A stretch of 42,035 bases of DNA from a virus (taxonomy: Duplodnaviria; Caudoviricetes): IMG/VR virus record IMGVR_UViG_3300027887_000023, positions 1 to 42,035 of that record, one strand, 5' to 3'. Made by a program: the position numbers and the translations under genes. Shown piece after piece: positions 20,103 to 29,743 of this stretch (its first letter is position 1; each line of letters starts with the position of its first letter). The notes under the pieces are model-generated. The model searched no databases, was not told where the DNA came from, and was given only the letters and a program-made list of their open reading frames with translations.

Positions 20103-20615
20103 TTAAGTCCCGTTATTGGCTGCATTCGCATCACCAATAATGTACAATACATTATTGTTGTTGGGGAATGCTCTAAAAGTTGTTTCAATGACACGTTGGT
20201 TTGTGCCATCATACTTAATTTCGATGTTTCCATCTGGTGCAGCAATCGGAAAAGTAATCCAATTGTCTTCATCATTAGAAACAGTTCCATTTACATACTT
20301 CTTGCAGATGAGCTGTTTACCTATCGTAGACTTCAAAGTTCCAACGTTAAGATTTCCAAAAAATCCTTTGTTATTGTTCTGATTTTTCACTGTACGTCCT
20401 AACGCAAGAGCCAAGTTGTCAATGGTGTAGTTTGCTAAAGGCACGGTAATTGTAGCACCCATACCTGTCACCATTTGATCCATAGGTTCTGAACCAAACT
20501 GATCAGATTTAAGATCCGCAACACCTTCGGTGAATTTTACCGATACTCCACCTTGGGTGTATCCTAAGTCTGCATTATTGTAATAAACAGCACATGGACC
20601 TAGATCAAGAGCCAT
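20103..20615 (-). CDS. Major tail (tube) protein
   Basis: LGPCAVYY...DLGYTQGGV...DQFG motif; synteny. Confidence 0.85.
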   Translation of the reverse strand: MALDLGPCAVYYNNADLGYTQGGVSVKFTEGVADLKSDQFGSEPMDQMVTGMGATITVPLANYTIDNLALALGRTVKNQNNNKGFFGNLNVGTLKSTIGKQLICKKYVNGTVSNDEDNWITFPIAAPDGNIEIKYDGTNQRVIETTFRAFPNNNNVLYIIGDANAANNGT

Positions 20616-20636
20616 ATCTTTCTCCTTTATAAATTG

Positions 20637-20660
20637 CCGTCTTTACCCTAGTAAAGTCGG
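20637..20660. promoter_or_regulatory. 24-bp palindromic motif, copy 3
   Basis: CCGTCTTTACCCTAGTAAAGTCGG, 21 nt upstream of the tail tube start. Confidence 0.7.
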
Positions 20661-20685
20661 GTTAAAATATCCGTTAAATTGTTAT

Positions 20686-21069
20686 TCATGCCATTTTTAT
20701 AATGAAATTCACTACAAAAATGTAGTTTCCAACAACATCCCGATCAAGTGCCGTTGGTCGAGAAAGAGGTCGAACATAAAAGATTGGTTGATTAACATCA
20801 CCGGCACTATATCCAGGTTTATGATTGATTAAAGCATACATTGTTTCGGCTAATGCCAATCCTGCCATATAAGAGTTACCCTTGCATGCCATTTGAAATG
20901 ATCTCGTTATCATATGAGACTCAGTTTCACTTGATCCTGCAATTTCTCTCAACACAACAGAACCAGCCTCAGACTCCGTAACATCAGCACCAATATAAAA
21001 ATTGGTATCTATCACAAGTCCAGATGCTTCAGCAAAATAATCAGCTAAGGCGTTAATCAATGTAGTCAT
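20686..21069 (-). CDS. Tail terminator / neck protein
   Basis: Size and position; C-terminal PTALDRD...IFVVNF. Confidence 0.7.
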   Translation of the reverse strand: MTTLINALADYFAEASGLVIDTNFYIGADVTESEAGSVVLREIAGSSETESHMITRSFQMACKGNSYMAGLALAETMYALINHKPGYSAGDVNQPIFYVRPLSRPTALDRDVVGNYIFVVNFIIKMA

Positions 21070-21503
21070 TATAAACCTCGAAAACGTCTTTTTGCAAATG
21101 CACTTCGAATATGTGCAGCTATAATTTCATAATATTTACCCTCATAAGTTATCACTTTTGATGACAACCAATAAGGACCAGAGCCTGGCCGAGTCCAATT
21201 CTGGACAGGAGTTCCCCATGCACTAATTCCTTCATGTAAAGCTTCCCAAAAAGCATCATATTTTGTTCCAGATCTAATGAAAACTTTCGCATCCATTATT
21301 TCACCACTAACATGAGATTCAGACTCATGTAGTCCATAGAGATCTCCTGTTTTTACAGGACATGAAGGCGGGGAATTGAGAACATCATCAAGAAGTGTAG
21401 ATTCTACTTCTTTCATTCCCTTAGCACAAGCCCTTTTTAAATCCCGCATTTCCTGGTTAGATTGTGCGATAAATTGTTCTGCATTAAATTTGATTCCTAT
21501 CAT
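21069..21503 (-). CDS. HK97 gp10-like tail completion protein
   Basis: CPVKTGDL, LHEG and GPYWL motifs. Confidence 0.7.
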   Translation of the reverse strand: MIGIKFNAEQFIAQSNQEMRDLKRACAKGMKEVESTLLDDVLNSPPSCPVKTGDLYGLHESESHVSGEIMDAKVFIRSGTKYDAFWEALHEGISAWGTPVQNWTRPGSGPYWLSSKVITYEGKYYEIIAAHIRSAFAKRRFRGL

Positions 21504-21838
21504 ATGTACACCTGTAAGAATCTTACTGACTTTCTATCCCACACCTTTTTTATTCCTTGATTCACATGAACCACACCATTAATCACAATTTCATCATTTG
21601 GACCAAAAACTTGATCCGGTTTAAACATCACATAAGTTGTTCCTGTCATTCCGTGGGATGTTTTCGCTGTACCAATATAATCACCAGATCCACTCCGCAT
21701 TATCTCATATTTCTCAGCTATAAATGCGGGAACATCTGTCTCTGTCGAGGTTATAGTTTTCAGTCCTCTACTAAGTGTTACATGATTTATATCAACTAAA
21801 TGTGTCAAATATTGGTCTATCGAATTTATAGTTCCCAT
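21500..21838 (-). CDS. Head closure (stopper) protein
   Basis: 112 aa beta-rich; synteny after the adaptor. Confidence 0.6.
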   Translation of the reverse strand: MGTINSIDQYLTHLVDINHVTLSRGLKTITSTETDVPAFIAEKYEIMRSGSGDYIGTAKTSHGMTGTTYVMFKPDQVFGPNDEIVINGVVHVNQGIKKVWDRKSVRFLQVYI

Positions 21839-21841
21839 AAT

Positions 21842-22237
21842 TTATCCTACATTTCGGTGCATTCCCAACCTAAAGTTTGGTTGCATTGTTGAGGTATCTG
21901 CTGTATAAGATTCTTTTGTAGCAACATCTATCGCACTACTCCATGGAGCAGACCCTTGTGCTTCATACCTTTTGGCCATCTCAAGATAGCGGTTATACAT
22001 CTCAGTCGACGTCTCTTTGAAGCCATCTCCAAGACTAATCGACTGAGGTTTTCCCGCAAAAATACTTACGATGAGACGGCAACAAGCTGCACATTGAGCC
22101 TTAAAGGATGACTGTTCGGTAATAACCTGTTCTATTTCTTCATCTTGCAATAATTGACGAAGAGAGTCAGTATCACCAATCTCCAACCTGATTCGACCCA
22201 CGTCATTTAATGCTTCTGCATCATAAGTAAAGGTCAT
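21842..22237 (-). CDS. Head-tail adaptor protein
   Basis: MTFTYD...RIRLEIGDTD...LLQDEEI motif right after the capsid gene. Confidence 0.8.
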   Translation of the reverse strand: MTFTYDAEALNDVGRIRLEIGDTDSLRQLLQDEEIEQVITEQSSFKAQCAACCRLIVSIFAGKPQSISLGDGFKETSTEMYNRYLEMAKRYEAQGSAPWSSAIDVATKESYTADTSTMQPNFRLGMHRNVG

Positions 22238-22249
22238 AATAACAACTCC

Positions 22250-23260
22250 TTAAGATGTAATAGTTCTGCCAAGGGCGATGGCATCTTTGAAGAATACCCC
22301 GCAAGCAGAAGAAACAAGCCTCATGTCTTCAAAGATCGAGGCTTCAATACGTGTACCAGCAATTTTCTGCTCATACCATTTTTTGATGGTCGTCTGCAGT
22401 CTTTCGCCAGAAGCACCATTATAACGAGGACGATTCCACCTAAAGGTGTATCCACCAGAAGGTCTCCTCTTAGACGGACGAGGATTAGCATAAACCAATA
22501 GAGCACCATATTGATCAGCGATATAAGCCATCGTCTGAGTTGCGGCACCTTCATTAGCGGTTGCATAAACAGCCTTTGCAACATAATAATTCTGCACCTC
22601 AAAAACCTTAGCAAGCAACTGCTCGGTTATAATACCAGCCTGGGTATATTTGTAACGATCCAATACGTCGGTATGTTCTGTCAGGCACATATGCACCCTT
22701 TCAGATACCACCAGGGTATTGGGTTCCAGACCTGTGGCAAGACGAATCAACGGCTTTGCAGCCATCACGTCTTTAATCGGGGTAGAACCAGAAGCATCCC
22801 AGACGCCATATTCACCGGCCCCTGGAGTATCGGTCTGTCCTTTGAGGGTTGTTCCCCAGATGTCTACGACAAAATAATTCGCAGACCAGTTCCTTTCCCG
22901 TTTGATCTTGAGTTTTTCTGTGGTGAACTGGGTGGAATCTTCATCCAGGTTGAATACTGCATCAGCATTGTCAATGTCAGCATCAGCATAATCCTTGTGA
23001 AAGGAATACTCATCACAGAAGAAGGTCCCAGGGGTGTCCATTCCATAGTCACCGCCCGCAGATTCAGTCAGAGGAGCTCTTTTCTGAGCTTCATCTCTGA
23101 ACCACGCATATTTTTCATACTTCGCATATTTGTCGCTCTGTTTACTAGACAGGACAACAGGAAAAACCCGATCAGCAATATAGCTGCTGGGTTCATTCAT
23201 GTATGCGATACTAAGATTGCTCAATAAAGAGTCAATATGAAGATCCGATTGTGTAGGCAT
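22250..23260 (-). CDS. Major capsid protein
   Basis: 336 aa; HIDSLLSNLSIAY...IADRVFP and PNTLVV motifs; synteny. Confidence 0.9.
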   Translation of the reverse strand: MPTQSDLHIDSLLSNLSIAYMNEPSSYIADRVFPVVLSSKQSDKYAKYEKYAWFRDEAQKRAPLTESAGGDYGMDTPGTFFCDEYSFHKDYADADIDNADAVFNLDEDSTQFTTEKLKIKRERNWSANYFVVDIWGTTLKGQTDTPGAGEYGVWDASGSTPIKDVMAAKPLIRLATGLEPNTLVVSERVHMCLTEHTDVLDRYKYTQAGIITEQLLAKVFEVQNYYVAKAVYATANEGAATQTMAYIADQYGALLVYANPRPSKRRPSGGYTFRWNRPRYNGASGERLQTTIKKWYEQKIAGTRIEASIFEDMRLVSSACGVFFKDAIALGRTITS

Positions 23261-23295
23261 AGTCTATCTCCTTAAAATTTATTTTGTTAGGTTAA

Positions 23296-23679
23296 TTAAG
23301 CTGCGACATATTTGCCGAATTCCATTTGAACGGCTATGATGTCGTTCGCAGCTCCGGTCTCCAGAGCAATCGCTCCGTATCGCTGATTTGCGGCATTCGC
23401 AGGTGCACCAAGTCCATTGGCATCAGATGTAACCCTAGTTCCAACAGTTGTATTTGCACCCAATTTCAGTTTCGACATACCTTCGCGTCTAATCCTGCAA
23501 GCAGCTCCTGCAACAGCAGGTTTATCCTGCAGAATTCCGAAAAGAGCAACATCATTTGCTCCGGCAATGTTTGCTGTAAAGTTGCCCGAAACAGCAACCC
23601 ACTGATATTGATTATTTGCCATGTTATTGGAAGCAGCAACCAAATAACCAATATCTTGCTGACTAAGTTCTTTCGCCAT
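23296..23679 (-). CDS. Capsid decoration/cement protein (DUF2190-like)
   Basis: GILQDKP, VTSDANG, GAIALETG motifs; between scaffold and capsid genes. Confidence 0.8.
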   Translation of the reverse strand: MAKELSQQDIGYLVAASNNMANNQYQWVAVSGNFTANIAGANDVALFGILQDKPAVAGAACRIRREGMSKLKLGANTTVGTRVTSDANGLGAPANAANQRYGAIALETGAANDIIAVQMEFGKYVAA

Positions 23680-23710
23680 AATATATCTCCTTTATAAGAT
23701 TAAAATTGAT

Positions 23711-24526
23711 TTATTCCGTAATAGTCTCTTTGATTCTTTTCTGACGAGAATCTGTATACTCTTTGTAGAGTTTCGGATTTTCCCTCAGAGTCATCGTCCA
23801 GGCAGTGCTCTCGGTAAGATTTGCATCCTTAGACATTTTTTCTTTTTTCAGATCCTGTAATCTCTGGTATGCTGCTTCGGGAGTAAGATCTTTTTCCCGA
23901 GAAGATCCAGCCTCATTAAACAAACCCGCTGTTTTGATCGCTACACCCGCAGCCTTCAAACCGGCTAATGTAGTTTCATATGCATCTTTACTCAGTTTCT
24001 TGAGAGAAACCAACATACTAACATTTTTCTCAAGATCTCCAGGAACTGCGTCATCCTTCAACATCTGGCGAATCTCATTCCCTTCACGGATGTCACGTTC
24101 TTTCATCAATTCCACGACGTTGTTATCGAGATCTTTTGTTAATTTCTCGATAGTTGTTTTCATGGTGCCAAGAGTTCCTTCAAGAGTCTGAATCTTAACA
24201 TCCTTTCCAGCCTCTTTCTTCATGAATTCATCAACCTGTTTAGAAAGATTAACTACTACCTGATCTTTCTGCATCGCACCAATCGTTGCCAGGGTGATTT
24301 CATCCATCGAATTCAGAAAGCTCTCACTTTCCTTTGCAAAAATTCCTTTGTCGATCAAATCTTTGATCATTTGTTCTTTAGACATGTTTAAATTCTCCTT
24401 TTCTAAGTTTTTTAGATATTCTTTAACCCATCCTGCATCATCTTTATGCATGATAAATTCTTTCAAATTCGCAGGGTTAAAAGCCAATGAAATTTCATCT
24501 ACAAATGGTATAATCCTTGTAGGCAT
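23711..24526 (-). CDS. Scaffold protein with N-terminal protease-type EISL..PAN segment
   Basis: Coiled-coil body; N-terminal VDEISLAFNPAN; C-terminal ENPKLYKEY. Confidence 0.7.
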   Translation of the reverse strand: MPTRIIPFVDEISLAFNPANLKEFIMHKDDAGWVKEYLKNLEKENLNMSKEQMIKDLIDKGIFAKESESFLNSMDEITLATIGAMQKDQVVVNLSKQVDEFMKKEAGKDVKIQTLEGTLGTMKTTIEKLTKDLDNNVVELMKERDIREGNEIRQMLKDDAVPGDLEKNVSMLVSLKKLSKDAYETTLAGLKAAGVAIKTAGLFNEAGSSREKDLTPEAAYQRLQDLKKEKMSKDANLTESTAWTMTLRENPKLYKEYTDSRQKRIKETITE

Positions 24527-24942
24527 TATTTTTCTCCTTCAGCATAAGAAAGATATCCACCTGGGCTAAATCCCTTGATTTCTTTCTTTGTTGCTTCCCA
24601 TAAATCTTTATCGTAAACCTTCATCGCAACTACCCACGTTCCTTCTTTAACCATCATTCCATTTGACTCAAACTCACATGGAGCCAAATAACATTCAACA
24701 ATATCCGTAACATTTCCAATGTTGATTTCGTGACTCAACTTAGTCCTCGATGCACTACATTCTCGCTGCAACTTTGCCATGTACGCATGACATGCAGTCC
24801 GAATGTCATCTTTTTGAACGAATTGATCATGTGCATCTACAAAATCAGGTTCAAAAACAATTCCATATACTACCTGTTCTTCATCGATTGATTTAAGCAT
24901 TCTCAATGATAAATCATTCGAAAGTTTAATCTGCTCGGGCAT
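24526..24942 (-). CDS. XkdF-like prohead serine protease
   Basis: VVYGIVFEPDFVDAHDQ, GTWV, IKGFSPGG motifs. Confidence 0.85.
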   Translation of the reverse strand: MPEQIKLSNDLSLRMLKSIDEEQVVYGIVFEPDFVDAHDQFVQKDDIRTACHAYMAKLQRECSASRTKLSHEINIGNVTDIVECYLAPCEFESNGMMVKEGTWVVAMKVYDKDLWEATKKEIKGFSPGGYLSYAEGEK

Positions 24943-24953
24943 GTTAATCTCCT

Positions 24954-25793
24954 TTATGCATGATTTTCAGCCCATAGAGTTGGCTGAACCAATAGAGTAC
25001 GATCATCAAGAGCCACTCCGAAAACTTGATCAACATACCCACTGTTTGCAGGCATGGTCTTGGTTAAATTTCCGGCAGTTGATGCAACCCAAAGTTTATC
25101 TCCAGAAGCCCAAGATTGGTTATTTGCAAATTTAAACATTCCATGATAAAGTAAAGAGTCTGTCGTATCTGCAATTCCGACCGCAGGCATTGTTCCACCA
25201 GCATTAGCTGCAGCTAAGGTATAACCATTAGCATCACGACAATATACTTTGCCTTGAGTAAGGTTATATGCAGGAAGTTTTAGGCCGATCCCACAGTTAT
25301 TACCTACACTTGGCGGTGAGGCTACTAAATTATTTCCTGCTTGATCTTGGATGCCTATATAAGCTGATCCATTATATTGAACTTGATAAGTAAAATTCGC
25401 TTGTAACGTGACTGTTGCACCTTCAGCTTCAGTAACTAATGAATCACTTACAGTTATCTCAGTTGCAGTGACATTTGTAACTGTCGTCATCATGTTGTTG
25501 GATGCTGAACCAGAAATATACATATGCATTCCAACCTTAAAACCAGAGGGTCGAAAACTACCTGTACTAAGGGTAATCTTTTTTGTTGTGGCATCAAAAG
25601 CTAAAAGTGCAGATGTAATAGTTTTCTTCGTGCCAAGAGAATCCCATAATACACCCTCATCAGTATAAATATATCCTAAAATTGGTGTAGGTGGTGCAGA
25701 AGAAAATGCGTTCTTTAATGCGAGATTTGTAAAAATCCCATCTTTAAATCTTTCTAATGTTGAGGGAAGTCCTGTAATTTCCGCCATCGTCAA
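24954..25793 (-). CDS. Putative head fibre / decoration protein
   Basis: Beta-rich; C-terminal MPAVGIA...GNLTKTMP...QVFGVAL capsid-fibre-like segment. Confidence 0.55.
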   Translation of the reverse strand: MTMAEITGLPSTLERFKDGIFTNLALKNAFSSAPPTPILGYIYTDEGVLWDSLGTKKTITSALLAFDATTKKITLSTGSFRPSGFKVGMHMYISGSASNNMMTTVTNVTATEITVSDSLVTEAEGATVTLQANFTYQVQYNGSAYIGIQDQAGNNLVASPPSVGNNCGIGLKLPAYNLTQGKVYCRDANGYTLAAANAGGTMPAVGIADTTDSLLYHGMFKFANNQSWASGDKLWVASTAGNLTKTMPANSGYVDQVFGVALDDRTLLVQPTLWAENHA

Positions 25794-25799
25794 TCTCCT

Positions 25800-26150
25800 T
25801 TATGCTGTTACAATATGAATTAAATTTTGAATCGTAAATGTTGCTTGATCATTAAAAGGGAGGTTTGTTCCATAATCTGAATCATATGTCCCTTCTATTG
25901 TAAATACTCGTTTTGCATCATGAGTTGTTGTAAGAGCCAAATCACTTGCAGATAAAACAGCTGTTAATGTCGTACTCATCACACCAAATGGGATGGTATG
26001 ACGTGAGTTTATGATGTTTCCTACCATATCAGTCAATGTCCATGTCATAGTTTTCGGTGGAATGGGCTGGTTATTCTCATTCGTAAATGATACTATAATT
26101 ACCATCGTACCATTCTCAATTGCCTTCGGTAATGTTATTGTTGTAGGCAT
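25800..26150 (-). CDS. Small Ig-like virion adaptor protein
   Basis: 116 aa, beta-rich, follows the repeat fibre gene. Confidence 0.5.
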   Translation of the reverse strand: MPTTITLPKAIENGTMVIIVSFTNENNQPIPPKTMTWTLTDMVGNIINSRHTIPFGVMSTTLTAVLSASDLALTTTHDAKRVFTIEGTYDSDYGTNLPFNDQATFTIQNLIHIVTA

Positions 26151-29075
26151 TTAAATCTCTCCTTCAAAAGTTGTGTTTGCTGTTTTTCCTGCGAATAATG
26201 CTGATGCTACTTTTGCACTAAATGACGCCTCTGATATTTTTGCCTCAAATGAAGCATGTAAATCCCTAAAAGGATGTGTTATTAACCACAATTCTGCAGG
26301 ATTTCCTTGTAAATAATATGAACGCCTAAAACCGGCACTCCCACCTTCTAGAAGTAATGTTCCTGGATCACAAATAAATCTCTCATCTTTTGCTCTTTTG
26401 AGAAGTTCAGCATCCTGGCCTTCGAGATAAACAAGATCAGAATCTCCATATATTTTTCTTCTCATGAGAGTTGATGCAGTCTGACTGTTTAACTGTAGTG
26501 TTGCTGCATCAGTAGCTATTCTTCTTGCAAGAGTCATCGTCGCAGACTGGCCTGTCATTGTAAGGGCTACAGGCTGACCAGTCGTAGCAGACTTTTTCGT
26601 AGTGCTAGCAGTTTGGCCATCGAGAGAAAGATTAGCTTGGTCGGTCGCCAGCTCTGACGCCTTAGTAGTGCGAGCATTTTGCCCTGCAAGTAGCAAGGTC
26701 GTCGGGTCGGCAGTCAAAGGCGAAGCTTTAGAGAGGATACTACTCTGACCCGTGAATGTCAACATTACTGCATCTGCACTAAGTTTTGATCCTTTACGTG
26801 TTTCGGCAGATTGACCAGATAAAACAAGAGTTCCTGCATCAGCTTGTAGATCTTTTCTACCTGTTTTATCTAAAGGAGCATTTTGGCCTGTAAGAACCAA
26901 CGTTGCTGGAGATGCGTCAAGGTTTCTCCTTGAAACAAAAATTCCTGTTTGGCCTGACAAAACTAACGTTGCAGAATCACCGACTAATCTTATCCCCTTA
27001 GCTGTTGATGCACTCTGCCCTGTTAACATTAAAGAAGTAGAATCTGCAACTAACTTAGAGGCTTTTAAAGTAGTTGCAGATTGACCGGTTAAAGATAATG
27101 AATCGGAGTCACCTACTAATTTCGATGCTTTCTCGGTGTTTGCAGTTTGACCAGTTAAGATCAAGGTTGCAAGATCACCGGATATTTTAAATCCTTTTAC
27201 TATTCCTGCTGTTTGGCTTGTAAGAACTAAAGTTCCGACATCAGCAGTCATTCTGGTGGTTTTAATAAATGATGCAGTTTGACCAGATAATGTTAATGTT
27301 CCTGGATCTGCAACTAAAGTCTTATTTCCACCTGCAAGTATTGTTGCATCTATTCCAGTAAGAATCAAAGTGGCAGAATCTGCAACTAGTTTTGATCCCT
27401 TTAATGTTGCTGCGGTTTGACCGGATAATATCAACTGTCCTGCGTTATAAACCTGATTCTTATAGTCGTGTAAAACATTACCAGTTTGACCGGATAATAC
27501 TAAGGTTGCAGGATTAGCTATTAGTTTTGATGCTTTAAGGGTTGTTGCTGTTTCTCCTGTTAATGTCAAACTTCCAGGATTTGCATCAATTCTAGCTCCA
27601 GCACCAAGAGAAGCACTACCACCAGTAAGAACTAGACTTCCAGTATCGCCAATAAGTTGGTATGTTTTAATGGTCGATGCTGTCTGACCCGATAAAACTA
27701 AATTTCCTGCATCTGCTAATAAAGATTTACCAAGAGCAAAATCAGCAGACTGGCCAGATAATGCTATATTCCCTGCGTCTGCACCTAGATAAGAATTTTT
27801 TCTGGTTATTGCATTTTGACCTGCAAAAACAAGATTTCCGCTATCTGCTGTTAGTGTTTTATTTCCAGTAACATACTCACCAACAGTCCATTGAGGTGTG
27901 GCACTATAATTATTTAAGGCATTATTTGCAAATACAACCCTAAACTCAAATACACCGTTGTTTGATGCCGTATTTGTTGCCTTCAAAACCCATTCAATCT
28001 CAGTATAATTATTTGCACCAAGATTTAATGTTATCGGATTTGTATCATCAGATACATTTCCAGCCTGAAAAAAGCTGTTGTTCTTTCCTGTCGGAGGCGT
28101 TAATATCGCATTTGTTGTGTCTGCTGCATTATTACTTACATTTGCCGAAGCAGCTAATAATATATAATGAACCGAATTATAATTTAATGCCGCATCTTGG
28201 CCCGTAAAAACTAAATTCGCTGAATTAGCTGTTAAAGGATATTCTTTGGAAAAAGATACATTTTGTCCAGTTAATACAAAGTTTGCTGAATCTGCAACTA
28301 AAGATTTATTCGCTTTATAGTCGAATGTAGCATCTTGGCCACTAAAAATTAGATTTGCTGAATCTACAGTTAAATTATAACTTGTAGGAGCATCTTCCCA
28401 AAAAATTATAATCTGTCCTCTAGCTCCAGCACCTCCTGCCTTATTCGTTCCTCCGCCAGAAGAACCGCCACCTCCATAGTTGGCACCGGCCCCGCCTACT
28501 GAATTAAGCGTGAAGGCACCACCATTACCGCCTCGGTAGTTTCCAGAGCCACCACCCGCACCGCCGACCGCATTTACTCCATTCGTGCCGTCTGTACCAT
28601 TTGAATTATAGCCGGCAGCACCACCACCAGAACCACCCTGTAAAATAGCCGATGAATTTCTGGAAGAACCATTGCCTCCGCTTAGCATTACGTTGCCTAA
28701 ACTTTGGGCGACTGCACCTCCAGCACCTCCTGTGCCTGATGTTCTATTTCCTCTTCCGCCAGCCGCGGCATAAGCGGCATTCGTACCATTATTATGTTTG
28801 AAGTATGAAACGCCGCCATTTGAACCGTTGGCATTGGAACTTCCTCCAGCTCCCCCATTTGCGACATATAAACTGTAAATATAACCATCAGTGATTGCAT
28901 AATTCGTCAGGGCCGCAAAAGCACTACCACCACCACCTGCCGCTGCAGCACTAGCACCACCACCAGCACCACCACCGCCACCAGACCAAATATAGATATT
29001 GACCGTGCTGTTTAAGGCATTCGAAGGAGCTGTCCAGGTATTGTTTCCAATTGTGGTAAAGACATTTTGTCCCAT
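26151..29075 (-). CDS. Large virion fibre: Gly-rich N-terminal domain plus about 27 degenerate 22-aa repeats
   Basis: GGGGGGAGGG motifs; repeat consensus LVADSATLVLSGQTAxTxKxxK. Confidence 0.7.
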   Translation of the reverse strand: MGQNVFTTIGNNTWTAPSNALNSTVNIYIWSGGGGGAGGGASAAAAGGGGSAFAALTNYAITDGYIYSLYVANGGAGGSSNANGSNGGVSYFKHNNGTNAAYAAAGGRGNRTSGTGGAGGAVAQSLGNVMLSGGNGSSRNSSAILQGGSGGGAAGYNSNGTDGTNGVNAVGGAGGGSGNYRGGNGGAFTLNSVGGAGANYGGGGSSGGGTNKAGGAGARGQIIIFWEDAPTSYNLTVDSANLIFSGQDATFDYKANKSLVADSANFVLTGQNVSFSKEYPLTANSANLVFTGQDAALNYNSVHYILLAASANVSNNAADTTNAILTPPTGKNNSFFQAGNVSDDTNPITLNLGANNYTEIEWVLKATNTASNNGVFEFRVVFANNALNNYSATPQWTVGEYVTGNKTLTADSGNLVFAGQNAITRKNSYLGADAGNIALSGQSADFALGKSLLADAGNLVLSGQTASTIKTYQLIGDTGSLVLTGGSASLGAGARIDANPGSLTLTGETATTLKASKLIANPATLVLSGQTGNVLHDYKNQVYNAGQLILSGQTAATLKGSKLVADSATLILTGIDATILAGGNKTLVADPGTLTLSGQTASFIKTTRMTADVGTLVLTSQTAGIVKGFKISGDLATLILTGQTANTEKASKLVGDSDSLSLTGQSATTLKASKLVADSTSLMLTGQSASTAKGIRLVGDSATLVLSGQTGIFVSRRNLDASPATLVLTGQNAPLDKTGRKDLQADAGTLVLSGQSAETRKGSKLSADAVMLTFTGQSSILSKASPLTADPTTLLLAGQNARTTKASELATDQANLSLDGQTASTTKKSATTGQPVALTMTGQSATMTLARRIATDAATLQLNSQTASTLMRRKIYGDSDLVYLEGQDAELLKRAKDERFICDPGTLLLEGGSAGFRRSYYLQGNPAELWLITHPFRDLHASFEAKISEASFSAKVASALFAGKTANTTFEGEI

Positions 29076-29740
29076 TAACTATTTACCTTTGTCCAATCTG
29101 TAAAATTTGCACCATCAGCTGCATATCTATATTGCAATTCATAAGGTCCGGAATCTGGATCACCCGTCGCATTAATAAGCATTCTAAGTTTTACATTCGT
29201 TCCGATCGGGGCAATTATGTTTGTATCCTGTGTTTGTTCTTGATAAGTTTCAGCTGACGCTTCATAAAGGGCATAAATGGCTAAAATTCTGCCAGTATAT
29301 CCATCCCAACTTCCGGACGGTAAACTTGTCTGATTTGCCTTAGTATAAAGTTTATATGATGCATTGGTGTCGGCATTATTATATGTCGTCGTTGTTGTAT
29401 TATCTAATTGGATAGCAAGCCAATATTTAGTGTCTGGTAGTAAGGTATAATCCAACGCCCCTGTCTTCCATCCCGCATCCGTTCCTTTTGCAATATCTCC
29501 TGTTGTTGCCAACAAGGTTCCAGGAGTATCTGCATTATCATCGTAAAGACCCAACTGAAAATTAGCTTCCTCCGATGCAGTATCGCAATACCAACCCATT
29601 TGGATAATCTGATTACTACCAGCCGGACTCATAAATGCACAACAATCCGCATAATAATTTTGAGTTCTGTTCCCTCCTGCCGGATCGGAGGTGGGCGCGG
29701 ATGTTACAAAACCAGCATTAGTTCCATCAGTTACAGCCAT
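29075..29740 (-). CDS. Putative virion accessory protein (beta-sandwich domain)
   Basis: LGLYDDNADTPGTLLATT...YWLAIQ motif common in phage fibre domains. Confidence 0.6.
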   Translation of the reverse strand: MAVTDGTNAGFVTSAPTSDPAGGNRTQNYYADCCAFMSPAGSNQIIQMGWYCDTASEEANFQLGLYDDNADTPGTLLATTGDIAKGTDAGWKTGALDYTLLPDTKYWLAIQLDNTTTTTYNNADTNASYKLYTKANQTSLPSGSWDGYTGRILAIYALYEASAETYQEQTQDTNIIAPIGTNVKLRMLINATGDPDSGPYELQYRYAADGANFTDWTKVNS

Positions 29741-29743
29741 GTT

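Noticed and set aside
17326-24569. Several long + strand ORFs (e.g. 17326-17952, 19914-20402, 22511-23227, 23805-24191)
   Set aside because: Antisense shadows of well-supported structural genes
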